Notes under the pieces: generated by a model | What the model was told of the DNA's origin: nothing | Seen by the model: only the letters and a program-made list of their open reading frames with translations | Databases searched by the model: none | NCBI RefSeq assembly: GCF_006345805.1 | Contig: NC_043003.1 | Coordinates: 6,076,001-6,140,000, forward strand | Origin: Octopus sinensis | Taxonomy: Eukaryota | Direction of reading: 5' to 3' | DNA: 64,000 bases | Made by a program: the position numbers and the translations under genes | Shown: piece by piece, positions 27,123 through 40,880 of the stretch | Layout of the letters: each line of letters begins with the position of its first letter | Numbering within the stretch: position 1 is the stretch's first letter

Positions 27123-28999
27123 AACTATTCATTACTACATTATCTAATGTGTCCATTATGATAGTTTGCTTTTGACTTGAAAGATGTTCATCCTATGTTT
27201 CTTGCAGATCAAGAGACTACATACTCTCTCTCTTTCTCTCTCTCATCTATCTATCTATCTATCTACCTCTGCACATAATATACATGTACTTAAACATGTG
27301 TGCGTATATATATATTATATATATTATATATATATATATATATATTATATATTATAATATATAATAAAATATATAACATAATATAATATAAAATAATATC
27401 AATATTTGTTTTTCATTGAACATACGTATAAAACAATGCATAATTATTATCCCAAAGTTCATAATTACGATTAATGTACCCATTGCTACCCCATCTTGTT
27501 GCATAGGGCGTCTATAACGAGGCAACTTCTAATAGATGCAATGCATACCGATTGAAAGGTAGGAGATAGCCATTACATCCGTTCCAATAAATATCTTTTA
27601 TATGAAGTGAAACCGGTTTGTAATTATATTTCAGAATATTTAATTATTTATTTAATGATTATATGCAATGGAGTGTTAAATAATGCAATAAGGAATTCAG
27701 AATTATTTGAATTTAATAATGTATTTTGGATATGATATGATAGTGAATAGATATTATTGTATTCTGAAACGATTTCTTTTTAGTAATGAATTTTGGAATT
27801 AATTAACTGCAATATAAACAGAATTTTGCATTTTCTATTATTTTTATTTTTATTTTTCATGTGTATGTTTGTGTGCGTGTGCGCGCATCTAGATGCATAT
27901 AGATAAGTATGTATATATATAATATATTATTATATTATACATATATCTGGCTTTCACGCAGTTATCGTCTTCCAAATCCACTCAGAAAACTCTGTGTGGC
28001 CAGAGACTATTCAAGACAGTTGCTGCAGGTACTGAGCAGTGATAGTGAACCGGAAATTGCACTCATGAAGCAATCCGCCGAACTAGTTTTCATCGTCTAC
28101 AAAGCTGGATATTTTATTTTCATCAGGATAATGTTGATTGTGTCGAAAGACACGCTTAGGACCAACTATATGTTAGCTGTGTTAGTTCTTCACGACCAGA
28201 GGAGATAAAACAGCCTCAAAGTGGACTGAATTTGTTTAGCACTCTCTGACAACACAGAAACTATATATGTGTGTGTATATCATGTATGTATATATATATA
28301 TGTATATGTGTGTGTGTGTATACACAATATATATATATACATATTTATACATATATATACTTATATATGTATATATAATATATATACACACACACATATA
28401 TATATATACATATATATATCTATATTTATATATACTTATATAGGTATATACATAGAGATTATGAGAGGTAATGGTGTCAATAAGACCCAAAAGTGTCAGG
28501 TAATGCTGAGTAAGTGCTATGAATAGACCATAGTTAAGCTCCAGGTTCGGTGATTAGACGAATAAGGAGTCCAACTTAGGTCATATCAGCATGTGTATAT
28601 ATAATTTTTTACTACTCCTCTCTCTGCCCCATCACAGACTATCACTACATAACTGACACTCCTTTACCATTTACACTATTATACCTCTCTCTTTCTCTAT
28701 CATCTCCATTCCTTCTATGTGACACTCCTTTAGTTTTTACCCTATCATCTATTTACATCCTAATATCTTTATCACCCTCATTTCTCTATTACTACTTTCA
28801 AGTTATCTTGACTAACCACTAACTGGTACACTTCCCCTGTCTTCATCTCTTTATTATCTCTCCTTGCTTTTCTTTTTTCCTTTTTCTTTCCTTGCTTTAT
28901 TCCACTTCCTATTTTCTTTTTCTTTTTTCTTCTCTGTTTTCTCTTTTCTTTATTCTTCTCTTCCTCTTTTCGAATTGACCTTACAAATACATTCCCTAC

Positions 29000-29345
29000 T
29001 TTTATGTCTTTTTAAATAAAACATTCGAATTCAATAGCACTGTACAAATTCTGTACTTGGAATGACCAATTTTAAATACGATTGGAATTTACTCATAAGG
29101 TATTGGAATCTTATATGTATACCATTCTGCCTAAATAATGGATCTACAAATGCAATATCCCTGCATATCTCACATCCGTTCCTCCACTTCACTCTCTATT
29201 TCGTATCTTATCTAAATTAACCATTGTTTAACCATTTTCTCACACCGTCTCCGATGAAGGGATATAAAAAATATCCCGGAAACAGCTGTAAGACCTATTT
29301 ATAAATGTTCTAAAATCTTCACAGCCTCATTCTGAAGAAAAAAAT
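29000..29345 (+). mobile_element. Penelope-like element 3' remnant with hammerhead motif at 29247-29294
   Basis: Degenerate GIY-YIG C-terminus (KVLESYM, LNNGS) followed by GTCT-CCGATGA-A-GGGATAT.aaaaa.ATATCCC-G-GAAAC.AGCT.GTA-AGAC. Confidence 0.7.
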
Positions 29346-30294
29346 TATATATGAATATACATATATGATACACACGCATACATATATGAGTACATCCACT
29401 GACACATACATAGGCAGACATTTGTGAGTCCATGTCTGTACAAGTCTTTGTGTATATTAGTGTTTGTGTATATTAGATATCTCTGAATGTGAGTGAGTAT
29501 GTATGGCTGGATATACATTTATATATATATGCACGCATACACACACGCACACAACTAAAGCATACGGTGTGTATGTTTTTGTATGCATGTGTGTGAATAT
29601 ATATCTTTGCTGTTCTGTAGCCACGTGTATCTACATACATACACACACATACATATATATACACATACATACAAATACATACACATACATACATATACAC
29701 ACCCACATACACACACATACGCACACACATACACACATATACACACACATACACACATACATACATTCATATATACGTACGCGCATACGTACATATATAC
29801 GTACATACGTACGTATATACGTATGTACATACATACGTACATACATATACTTGCATGTATATATGCAATCATGTGTTTACTAAAATATGCATGCGTTTAC
29901 GTCTATGTATTTGTGTACATATGTGTGGGTATTTGTTGAAGTACTCGAGAACTGTATTCTGTTTGAATGGCGGCGTCGTCGTCGTCGTTATACGTAAGAA
30001 GCGCACACGCCTACCGACGCGAGTCCACACACAAATATATTTTGCTAGATACGTGCAGATCTTGAAATGAAAACCTATTTTCGATGATTTGTTGCTTTTT
30101 AAAGATGGAAACACAAAGAATCCGGTATTTTACATAATTTTATCATCTTCTTTAAACACACATATGCATAGATATATACATGCATACATACATTCATACA
30201 CACTTATGCATATACACGTATATACATACATATAGTGAGTGAGAATTACACACCTACACACACACACATATATTATATATATATATATATATAC

Positions 30295-30337
<43 letters not shown>

Positions 30338-30589
30338 GTGTGGATGCATGTGTAGGTATGTATGAAGTTTTTTCCAAAAGAAGTATTTAAATAAACTGCG
30401 GGCATAATACACTTAGCTGGCTTCAAAGTGTAAAGTGAAATTTCCAATAATTCAGGACTTATTGCTGTTTCTGTGAAATATGAGATGGAAATTCTCGACA
30501 CAACAGTACGCTTGTCTGTTAGAGAAATTTCCCCAGATGAACATTTTTCTAATTTACAAAATAATAATAACGATAATAATACTTTCAAA

Positions 30590-30775
30590 TTTTGGCACAG
30601 GGCCAGCAGTCCTTTCTTGAAGTGAACAGGAAGTCGATTACATCGACTCTAATATTTGACTGGTAATTATTTTATGGTATTCATCTTATCGACCCTAAAA
30701 GGATGAAAAGCAAATTCGACATCGGCGGTATTTGAACTCAGAATGTAAAAACGCGCGACATACCGCTAAACGTTC
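30590..30775 (-). mobile_element. tRNA-derived SINE, family D (diverged)
   Basis: Reverse-oriented core TCGACC..AAAGGATGAAAGCAAA.TCGAC.TCGGCGG.ATTTGAACTCAGAA. Confidence 0.8.
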
Positions 30776-31261
30776 AATGTAGTGAAATATGAGTTGATGT
30801 GGCTGCATGTTATGTTATCAAAAGAGTTCACACAGAGATGAAAGAAAAAAATACAAGATCAATACATTCACTACATAAAAATATATTTAATTCTTCTTTC
30901 GATGACAATACATAGAATCCAATTGTAGAAACTAGTTGAACGGAATAATCTGACGCAAGAAAGTGCAGAGATAACAAGTGTAGAACAACCGCAAAATGGT
31001 GGCTGTCGGTCTTGTCGGCTAATCATAGCAGCGACGTGAATGGCTTTAAGTCTAATCGACTAAGAAGCGAAAAGCTGGGTTAGCAAGCTGTTTTTATTAA
31101 TGGAACGTTAGACATTCTAGAAACTTCTAAAAGAAACGCCAAGCTTTTTGAATAATTAAGAATTACGTTTCGTGACATTGATGCTTCGAGACACTTAGAG
31201 AAGGGAGGTTACTCTATGATCTTTCTTGCAAGAAAAATCATTCAACTATCTATCTACCTAT

Positions 31262-31465
31262 ATCTACCTATTTCTTTACTACCCACAAGGGGCTAAACAC
31301 AGAGAGGACAAACAAGGACAGACAAACGGATTAGGTCGATATTATCGACCCCGAAAGGATGAAAGGCAAAGTCGACCTCGGCGGAATTTGAACTCAGAAC
31401 GTAGCGGCAGACGAAATACTGCTAATCATTTCGCCCGGCGTGCTAACGATTCTGCCAACTCGCCT
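31262..31465 (-). mobile_element. tRNA-derived SINE, family D
   Basis: Matches the reverse complement of 55001-55228, including the A-box TGGCAGAATCG and B-box GAGTTCAAATTCC. Confidence 0.88.
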
Positions 31466-31789
31466 ATCTATCTACCGCTACACGTTCGGTCACGCATGCT
31501 AACGATTCTCCCAGCTCTCCACTTAATGCTTCTATGTTATAAAAATAACCACCCTAATATATGACAGCTATCATTTTATATAATGGGGAAGATTTCACAT
31601 TGCACAAGTTGTCCATAAATTACCTTTACAATTGGAAAGCACTTCCAGGTAGGCTCCATTGGTTGCACGCATCTACGATACAATCGACTTTGGAGGTTGT
31701 CAAGATAATTGATGAACAGCCTGTATTTCTGTTTGGATGGAAGTCGTTATGAATAGGATCAAAGTGAGTAATTCTGAGGGCAGGGCCTG

Positions 31790-32090
31790 AGTTGATATCA
31801 CCGACCCCGTATTTGACTAATACATTAACGTCTACCCTCCGAAAGGATGACAAGCAAAGTTGACATCGATGGGATTTGAACTCAGAATGTAACGAGTCGA
31901 TAACGTCGAGCAATTTTCTGAAGCTCAAACGAATCTTGTCATCTTGAGTGGAAATTGGAGTTTGCTTTTCATTCGAAAGGATTAAAGGCAAACTCGACCT
32001 CGGAGAATTTGAACTCAGGAAAAATTCCACGAAGCATTTTTCCGGCGCTCTAACGCTTCTGCCACCACGCCGCCACAATTAATATTAATA
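31790..32090 (-). mobile_element. Two tandem diverged SINE D fragments
   Basis: The core GAAAGGAT.A.AGGCAAA.T.GAC.TCG..GAATTTGAACTCAG occurs twice. Confidence 0.75.
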
Positions 32091-32468
32091 ATTGCAACAC
32101 AGGATTTGATTAAGTAGTACCTCAACAAGCTCAAGCAAAAACGTACCACATTGTCCAAACAGGGGCCCTGCTTAGGTGAAGCCTAAACCTACAGAAAACA
32201 CCTTCAATTCTGTAACACAATTGAAACAGGTGACTCTTTATGCGGAACACATGTCTAGTAAGCTTTCTACTTCATGAAATAACCCAGTCCTTACGGCGCG
32301 GCGTTTACATAAGCACCACTCAATAAACTAACACATTAGAGACATCAGATACGATACAGCACAGTGGTAATTGAATGGAGGAGAGAAGAAAAAGAGATGA
32401 GAACGAAGGGAAGAAGCGGGGGGGAGGCAGGAGGATAAGAAATAGAGGGTACAGACGATAATGAAGGA

Positions 32469-32534
<66 letters not shown>

Positions 32535-32820
32535 GAGGTAAATGTGAAGAAGACATTGAGTATGTTTGTTGATATTCAGTTTTGATAGGCCGAGATACGA
32601 TCAGTGATATTTTCCGATGTTGCCAGATAAGAGAGCACTGATTGGCAGCCAGAGATCAGCTGATACATCGATATCTGATCTAGCCAATACTCAATTCCAG
32701 CACTTTATCAATAACTCACAATAATAACTCTAACACTTCCTCTCCCTCCCTCACTTCCTCCCCACCACCAATTCTCGAATGTCTCGGTCCTTCTCACCCA
32801 ACACACACACATCTATTTAC

Positions 32821-32869
<49 letters not shown>

Positions 32870-32870
32870 G

Positions 32871-32921
<51 letters not shown>

Positions 32922-33687
32922 ATATATATATATATATCTATATATATATACATTATGTATGTATATATATATATACACGCACACACACATATTCACACAT
33001 TCATATATAATACATATTTGCTTATGTATGTATGCATGTATATTTATATACACACACATACATATATATATAGTATATTAGACATATTTGATATTTATAC
33101 GTGTGTATGTATATATACATACGTATGTGTGTGTATGTGCGCAAGTGAATGTATATTGGTGTATGTTACATAGTAGCGTTAGCGCTGTTCAATGTTAGCT
33201 GCAAATATTTCTTGGTGAAAGTACTCAATACAGGGACTGGAGTAAAATTCTTTATATGATACAAGAGTTGGTTGTGATTTCTAGTTTCACTTCACGCAAA
33301 ATCTTCAGATGGCCTGAATAAACATAGGGGATTAGCAGATCCGTTTGAACATCGAGCAAAATTCCTTGCACTATTTTTCCGGTTCACCCTGTTCCAAGTT
33401 GTCTAAATCTCTCTTTCGTCGTCCCAAATTACTAATTAAGTACTACTGGTTACGTAACAGATAACACTGAGAGGGAAAAATGAAAATCTAAATAAATACC
33501 ATAACTACACTACATGAGTATTGAATACGTTTTAACCAATGTCGTCTATTGGTAGAATTGTGTTTGTGTGTATTGTGAAGTCCTCGTCTACTTGATCGTC
33601 ACAAGTTTGTCTCTCTGCTCAGTATAGAATCATGCCATCATAAAATGCTCAGTCGTTATCCTTTAAGTGTTTTAAAGTAACAATTTT

Positions 33688-33721
<34 letters not shown>

Positions 33722-33726
<5 letters not shown>

Positions 33727-33930
33727 ATCCAAACAAGAAACACAAAGAGAAAACACAACAACGCGAGGACGTGGAATACAGTTAGTGTTATTGGACTCTC
33801 GGGAAAGAAAGAAAGAAGGAGGATTAACGTTTCGAGCGGAGCTCTTCGTCAGAAACAGAAAAGGAAAGATCCAAGGAAGGGAAGACGGAGGGAAAAATCG
33901 TCAACGGTACACACGCGGTCACATTTTGAT
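33722..33930 (-). mobile_element. PLE-derived short insert (family H2) with hammerhead motif at 33822-33856
   Basis: Minus strand GTTT-CTGACGA-A-GAGC.tcc.GCTC-GAAAC-GTT-AATC. (TA)n on both sides. Confidence 0.75.
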
Positions 33931-33936
33931 TGACCC

Positions 33937-33967
<31 letters not shown>

Positions 33968-34119
33968 ATAGAGGGCATTATTACACTAATGCCTCACACT
34001 AGAGGGACAAAGTCATTACTACCAAAATTATACTAATCATACCCATGATTAGTATATTTTGGTAGTAATGACTTTGTCCCTCCTAGTGTGAGGCATTTAT
34101 GTGTAATAATGCCCTCTAT
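33968..34119. repeat. Fold-back palindrome / MITE-like element (about 73-bp arms, 4-nt loop)
   Basis: ATAGAGGGCATTATTACAC...TAATCAT-accc-ATGATTA...GTGTAATAATGCCCTCTAT. Confidence 0.9.
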
Positions 34120-34250
34120 ACAATATAGATATAATTAATTGTTCAAAAGAAAAAATTATTTTCGAATTCTTTTCTTTTATGAGGTTTCACGCTAGCTACC
34201 CGATAATTTCTTGTTAAGATCCCTTATAAGAATTATCCTTAATTGTTAAA

Positions 34251-34299
<49 letters not shown>

Positions 34300-34300
<1 letters not shown>

Positions 34301-34510
34301 CATGCACTCAGCCTCTGTCTTCCGCCATTTTATCATGTTCAACCCTTAATTTTTACACATTCGTTTTCTCTCTCCGTTTTTTCGTTTTTCTTCTCAATCC
34401 TCTCTGTCAAAAAGAGCGTAGGCTCGAATCGTCAAAGACTTTTCCATTTTTTCCTAGCGTTAAACTACCACACCTGCTTGTTGTTCCTTCACCAGTCTTC
34501 GTCTTTTATT
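34300..34510 (+). mobile_element. PLE-derived short insert (family H3) with a degenerate hammerhead
   Basis: AGAGCGTAGGCTCGAATCGTC, homologous to 61870-62062, 62480-62685 and 63850-64000. Confidence 0.6.
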
Positions 34511-35079
34511 TTCTGCATAATAATAATAATAATTCGTGGATGCAATTTTAAAATATCTTAATGCATCGTTACGCGCGTTTCCACAATTCACATGTTTCTT
34601 ACGATCATAGTTCGTATTCCTCAGATGATACAGTACAATCCGTTGCGTCCATGGAGATCGGGTGGATCATAGTTCCTGAGTTCATTTCAAGAGGCGAAAT
34701 ATCATTAGAGTTGGAAGGAAGGAATGTATAACTGAAGCTTGTTTATCAATTTTCACGAATGAAAACGTTGATTGGGGTATGTGGGAAGTTCTGTGTGTAT
34801 TTGGTAGGGATGAGTAGAAAGTTATGGAAAGCAGGAAAGGAATGGTAATGATAAAGGAGAGAGAGTTTTTGTGGTGATGTTAGACTTGTTGTGACTTGTG
34901 TATACAGATGTTGGGATGGGCAGTAGAGTTCATTGTTTCACTTTAGTCTCAACAGACGCCTTTTTCAATGAATTTAGATGTGCTAAGGTCAGGATGAACA
35001 GCTTTTCTGTTGTTGAAGTTCGTAGTCTGAGTTGACAAATGGTGTTCTCTTAGAGTGTCCTTTTAATTACTTTCGGTGG

Positions 35080-35700
35080 TGCAATGATATGACATATAGC
35101 ACGGGGAAATAATGGTTTTTTTGTTTAGTTTATATATATTCTTCTCTCGTCCCATTAGAGGCTAATGACGGTTGTTTTTCTGTTTCAAAATGTTCTTTTC
35201 GAATTCTAAGAATGTTTTGCTTTTATGCTTACAAGATACAATTACTTCGGAATGCCTATTATGTTTTCTCTGATTGTAAAGATCTCCAGGGTTTCCTCCT
35301 GTCCATAAGTTGCACACCCACGATGTTTTATTCTATTCTATGCTGCAGCGCTTTTCATTATAGGCCAGTTGGTGGTATGTTCCACCCATATTCTGTATGA
35401 ACTTCCAGATGAGGTTAGATAATGATGTGGAGTGCCTTTTGTTTACATTGCAAAATGACGTAAGTCGGTTGCGCAGACGATTTTCATAGTGTCTCCGGTT
35501 CTGACAATGTAAACGTTTTTGTGTGCCATTCTTCATTTCAAATTTGTAAACCACATTCTTTACAATGCAGTTGTTAAATTTGCATTTATTTTTCCGCCTG
35601 CAGCTGGTTTTATAAGCGGAGTTTTTATTAGTGGTCACATTTGTTCTTCCACTTCTAACAGTGTTCTCATTTTCATTAGGTATGGATTGCATTGCCAATT
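35080..35700 (-). mobile_element. Penelope-like GIY-YIG endonuclease remnant
   Basis: NCIVKNVVYK...ENRLRNRLTSFCNVNKRHSTSLSNLIWK matches the PLE pattern CxxxxVVYK..RxxNHxxSF....TxLSxxIW. The catalytic YIG block is decayed. Confidence 0.75.
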
Positions 35701-36124
35701 GTAAGGCGCTGTTAGGACCCGTTTTTGTTATGGGTAAACTCTTACCATTCTTATTTCCAACCCTTCCATCGTTGTTCATTTTGTTTTGATACATATATAT
35801 ATACATATTTTTTCAAATATGAATTAGAAGCATTTCAGGGTATATAAACAAAATTGAACACACATACACACGGTATGTTAGTTGTTAACTTGTGGGTCGG
35901 CTGCGGTTTTTAGGTGCAAGACAATATATTCTCTATGTGCCTGATGCAAACAAAAACACCCAAAAGTCAGTCAAGCGAGACAACACACATCATGTCCTTT
36001 CTCGAAGAGACTCACATCGATTTTTTTCGTCATTGTTTTGACTTATTAATGTTGCATGCCGAATACTGCATGTTCGGTATGCAGCATTGATAAGTCAATG
36101 TGTATGTGTCCGCGCGTGCGCCTT

Positions 36125-36156
<32 letters not shown>

Positions 36157-36338
36157 CCAATTATATGCGTTTTTATTATTTTTTTGCAATTTACTTAATC
36201 ATCAGTATATTATTGTTATTTTAATTTTAATATTTCTATTATATGTCATTTTCTAGATGTGTAATTTAATTGTTCATTTTGAATTGATAAAAGGTGTTTT
36301 TTTTCTAATTTACATATATATTATATATATATATTATA

Positions 36339-36378
<40 letters not shown>

Positions 36379-36591
36379 ATACATGAAATACTTCACCTTC
36401 TGTAGAGGAAATTTCACGCAATCTCTACGCTTTTTAAGATCACGTAGAACAGCGTGCAACAAACTAGCAAGTCCCTAATATTAACAGAAAGAAGGCTTAG
36501 ATGACCGTAGCTGAACAGTATGCAGACACATTCACACATACACACGCACATACTCACACTCACACACACATACACACATATACACACACAT

Positions 36592-36634
<43 letters not shown>

Positions 36635-36639
36635 ATGTT

Positions 36640-37070
36640 AAATAAAATGAGGCAACAAAGCCAAGGTAGAGTGACATTTCTAGGACATTTTATAAAGAGA
36701 AGGGTAGCCTTACAGCTGTTTCGGGGATATAAAAAATATCCCATCTTCAGAGACGATATGAGAGAGTTAAATAGAAAGAAATAGTAGACTTCAATATAAG
36801 ACGTTATTTTGGAAAGGGAGAGATATAGGAAGTATGAAGGGAAATATAAGAACAAGAATAATAAATAATAACAAAAATAATAAAAACGTGTTGGATGTTA
36901 AACTTATTGTTCCATTATCCAAGGAATGTGTTGGTTCTAGAAATTTCACACAGCTTTGGCTTTTGTCGTCTTATTCTATTTACCCTATACACGCTCACAC
37001 ACGACTCGCAAAAGTACTGAAAAATAGGTTTTACAGAGTAGTTACATATCAAAACAGAAGATTGGGGAAA
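36640..37070 (-). mobile_element. Penelope-like element 3' remnant with hammerhead motif at 36707-36754
   Basis: Minus strand GTCT-CTGAAGA-T-GGGATAT.ttttt.ATATCCC-C-GAAAC.AGCT.GTA-AGGC. Same family as 29247. Ends at (TA)n. Confidence 0.75.
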
Positions 37071-37400
37071 TGTATATATTCACACACACACGCACACACA
37101 ACTATGCATACATGCGTACAAATATATTAAACGTCAGGGTTCAATATGCGTGTTTACATATAGTGAGAGATGCGTGGCTTTGGAAAGTTTTAACTTTTCT
37201 TTCTAGCAAAACTGGTACATATTGTACACCCTGACTTTTAACATATATATTTTGCTTATTTGGTTATGATTGCTGGCCACCTTATCATTATTTTTACGAA
37301 TTCTGCATATACATATATATATATATATACCGGAGTAAACACATAAATGTGAAACAACGTGGAAAAAAGAGTACTCAAATACCAAGGGTAGAGTAATATG

Positions 37401-37527
37401 CTTTATTTAAAAGCAGCAGAAATTCAATAAAACCTGTTACTCTGAGTTTCACGTTCCCGTCCGACGAACGGGAATGTGAAACTCAGAGTTACAGGTTTTG
37501 TTGAATTTCTGCTGCTTTTAAATAAAG
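37401..37527. repeat. 60-bp inverted repeat with 7-nt loop CCGACGA
   Basis: 37401-37460 versus 37468-37527, 3 mismatches in 60. Confidence 0.95.
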
Positions 37528-37533
37528 TATATA

Positions 37534-37579
<46 letters not shown>

Positions 37580-38355
37580 GCATTCAGACACACTGTGGAC
37601 TTTATATTTATATACGATATGAAATGGTATGTTATACCATACACTCTTCTCCATACTCTTCTAGCAGCAGTCCCATCTCTATATTACCTTCTCTCCAATC
37701 TGTTTACAGTGGTTTGCTATGTTATATTTTGCTTTACTCTCTTCATCACAATGAAATCTCCAAAATATTTCTTATACCAAAGTATTCTTACGTATCACGT
37801 TTCCTCTTCGCTTTTTCCCTCCTCTCCCTCTCTCTCTCTCTTTCTCACTATCTGTCCATCTATTTATCTATATATCTCTCTAGCTCTCTTTCCTGCCTCT
37901 CACTCTCATTTCCCCTCTCTGCCACTCCATGTCTAATGTTATTATCTACACATACCTGTATACTCATGCGAGCGTGCCCGCATACATTTTGTTGTTAGCA
38001 TTGTAAATTTTGGCACCTCATAGAGACTGGTTATTTCATCCCGGAGAAATATACCTACATAAACATACACACATACATACATACATACATACATACATAC
38101 ATACATACATACATACATACATACATACATGTATGTATGTGTGTATGCAAGTATATATGTGTATATATGAGTATGTATGTGTATACACACCGAATGTACT
38201 CACACACGTATATGTATGTAAATATATATACAACATGCTTAATATATATATATTATATATACATATATATATATATATAATATATATATATACATACATA
38301 TATAATACATATATATATATATATGCGTATATATATATATATACATATATATGTA

Positions 38356-38417
<62 letters not shown>

Positions 38418-39180
38418 CATATATGTAAATATAAGCATATGTAAATATATATTGTCACTAAACGATCTCCCTAACTATATTATGCTAGGCCAGTAGTTCA
38501 ATGGGCAGCACCGATATGTTCACCATTCACCGCTCAGCATTCTCTATTCTAGCAAAGATGTCGGCCATGTTATATGGACAAGCTATCTGCCGTTAGCTCG
38601 CTGATACGTTCAAGTGATAAGCGATAATTTCGACATGGCGTTGCTGACAGCCATGTTGACTTATCTGTTCCGATAATGGGATTGAGCTGTAAATCTTCGG
38701 CAAGAATCTAGTTTGCTCGCTCTCAAGTAGTCCCAACTGGCAGAAGTGCTGTCTACAACGAAACACAATTTCTCTTCGCCATTTCTATTTATTTCGCATA
38801 TCTTTTTATACAAGATTTTTTTTTCCTGTCTTATCGCCAGTGCGTGTGTATGTGTGCGCACGCGTAAGTGTAGCTGTGTGTGTACGTATGTGGACAAGTG
38901 TATTTTTTGCCGTCATTTTTTTTATACCCCGTTAAACAAATTTAAACTAACATGTATATATATTTATGTACAGGAATGTATATTTATACATACACACACA
39001 AATATATACATATACACATGTCTATGTATGAGAGTATGAATATAAAAGTATAATTATATACGCACACGCACTCTCACACAAACACATACGCAAACACACA
39101 TATATATATGTGTATGTGTATGTATATTTGTATGTATATTTGTATGTGTCTATATGTGTATTTATATATGTGTATATATA

Positions 39181-39242
<62 letters not shown>

Positions 39243-39496
39243 CCGTATGTACGAAGTAATAACTATATATGAATATAATTATACACCTACAGACATGGCC
39301 AATTAATTCACTTCATCATACACACACACACCCACACACACACGAATTCATGCGTGTATGCGTGTGTTTATCTGTATGTACATAAATTAATGCATATACA
39401 TATACATGTATTTATTAATATATACGTATATATGCACAAATACACATACACGCACACAGAACAGTTTATAATACGGTGCATAAATATATAAACATA

Positions 39497-39541
<45 letters not shown>

Positions 39542-39655
39542 TGAAGGAAGGGTTCATATATAAGTGTTTATATATATATATGTATGTATACAAATGTCTG
39601 TAAGAAGAAATATATTATGTATATAGATAGATATACGATAGATATACATATACGT

Positions 39656-39689
<34 letters not shown>

Positions 39690-39934
39690 TAGTGTGTGTG
39701 TGTATGTGCACACGCACACACGCAAACACATAAATAAAACCACACATATACATCTGCAGCTACATATATCATTTGGTCGCACATAAATCTCGACGGAAAG
39801 TTTTGATTCATCTCCGTAAAACATTTAATCACCGAGAGTGCACAACGACCGAATCAGTAGTCGGTACTATATCTTTATGTAAATTTATCAAACAGGAATA
39901 GCAAACCTCCACTATATTACATAGTTTGGCATCA

Positions 39935-40880
39935 AGAACAAATCCCAGCAGAATGGAATAAGAGCTACCTGTTTAAGGTACCTAAGAAAGGTGACTTGAT
40001 CGTCCACAACAAATGGCGACCAATCGTACTACTGTCCGTCTCCAGTAAGGTGTGGTTAGAGTTACAGTGGGGGGGTGAAGGGAGCCGAGGATGATATGTT
40101 GATGTTTGATCAGGTAGAATTCCGCTAGGATAAGTCCTGCTTAGACCATATAGCCACCTTGCACATCATCATTAAGTATTCGTTTGAGCAGCAGCGCCCA
40201 CTTTTCACCGCTTTCGTTGATTTCGCGAAGGCCTTATACTGTGTGGACAGAGGTGCCATCTGGAGGTTGATTCAGCATTATGGTAATCCACCGAAAATTA
40301 TCAGCGTCATCCTATAGTTTTATTGTAGTGCTACTTCCCAGATCATCCACAATGGCCAACTAACAAACTCTTTCACAGTTGTAACTGGTGTAAGACAAGG
40401 TTACCTACTTTCACCAATAATATTTCTGCAAGTAATCGATTGGATTATGATTGAGATAACATCAGGAAGTGACACTAGGATCAGATGAACAACCGTGAAT
40501 CAACCGGAAGATCTCTGTTATGCAGATGATATAGGACTGCTAGCCGTATAACCACCTGGAGATACAGTCCAAGGTCACAAAGTTAGGTGGAGAGGCAATG
40601 AAAACGGGTTTGTGAGTGGACCAGAACAAGACGGAAGATTTAAGGTTGAACACTTGTCACCAAGAACCAGTTCGAATTGGCGCTGGATCCCTTCCGGAGA
40701 ACGAAAGGCATGCGAATCTTGGCAGCATCGTCTCAAAAGTGGGTGGAACAGAGGCGGATGTGAGATCCAAGATCAGCAAGGCCTCATTTCCTTCCAACAG
40801 TCTTCCACCGATTTGAAAGTTCAAAGTCATCGCATTTCAAACAAAACTCTTCGTCTTCAATTCTAATGTCAAGATCGTTC
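39935..40880 (+). mobile_element. RTE-clade LINE reverse transcriptase fragment (pseudogenised)
   Basis: IPAEWNKSYLFKVPKKGDL..WRPIVLLSVSSKV, FVDFAKA, TGVRQGYLLSPIIF, LCYADDIGLLA. Internal stops. Confidence 0.92.

Noticed and set aside
28070-28210. FHQDN-like mariner scrap, and a mariner-end-like sequence near 27480-27620
   Set aside because: Too short and degenerate to call with support.
30130-30588. Minus-strand ORF with a protein-like first half (EKCSSGEISLTDKR...)
   Set aside because: No recognisable motif, starts in a TTA repeat, runs into microsatellite, and has no clear donor.
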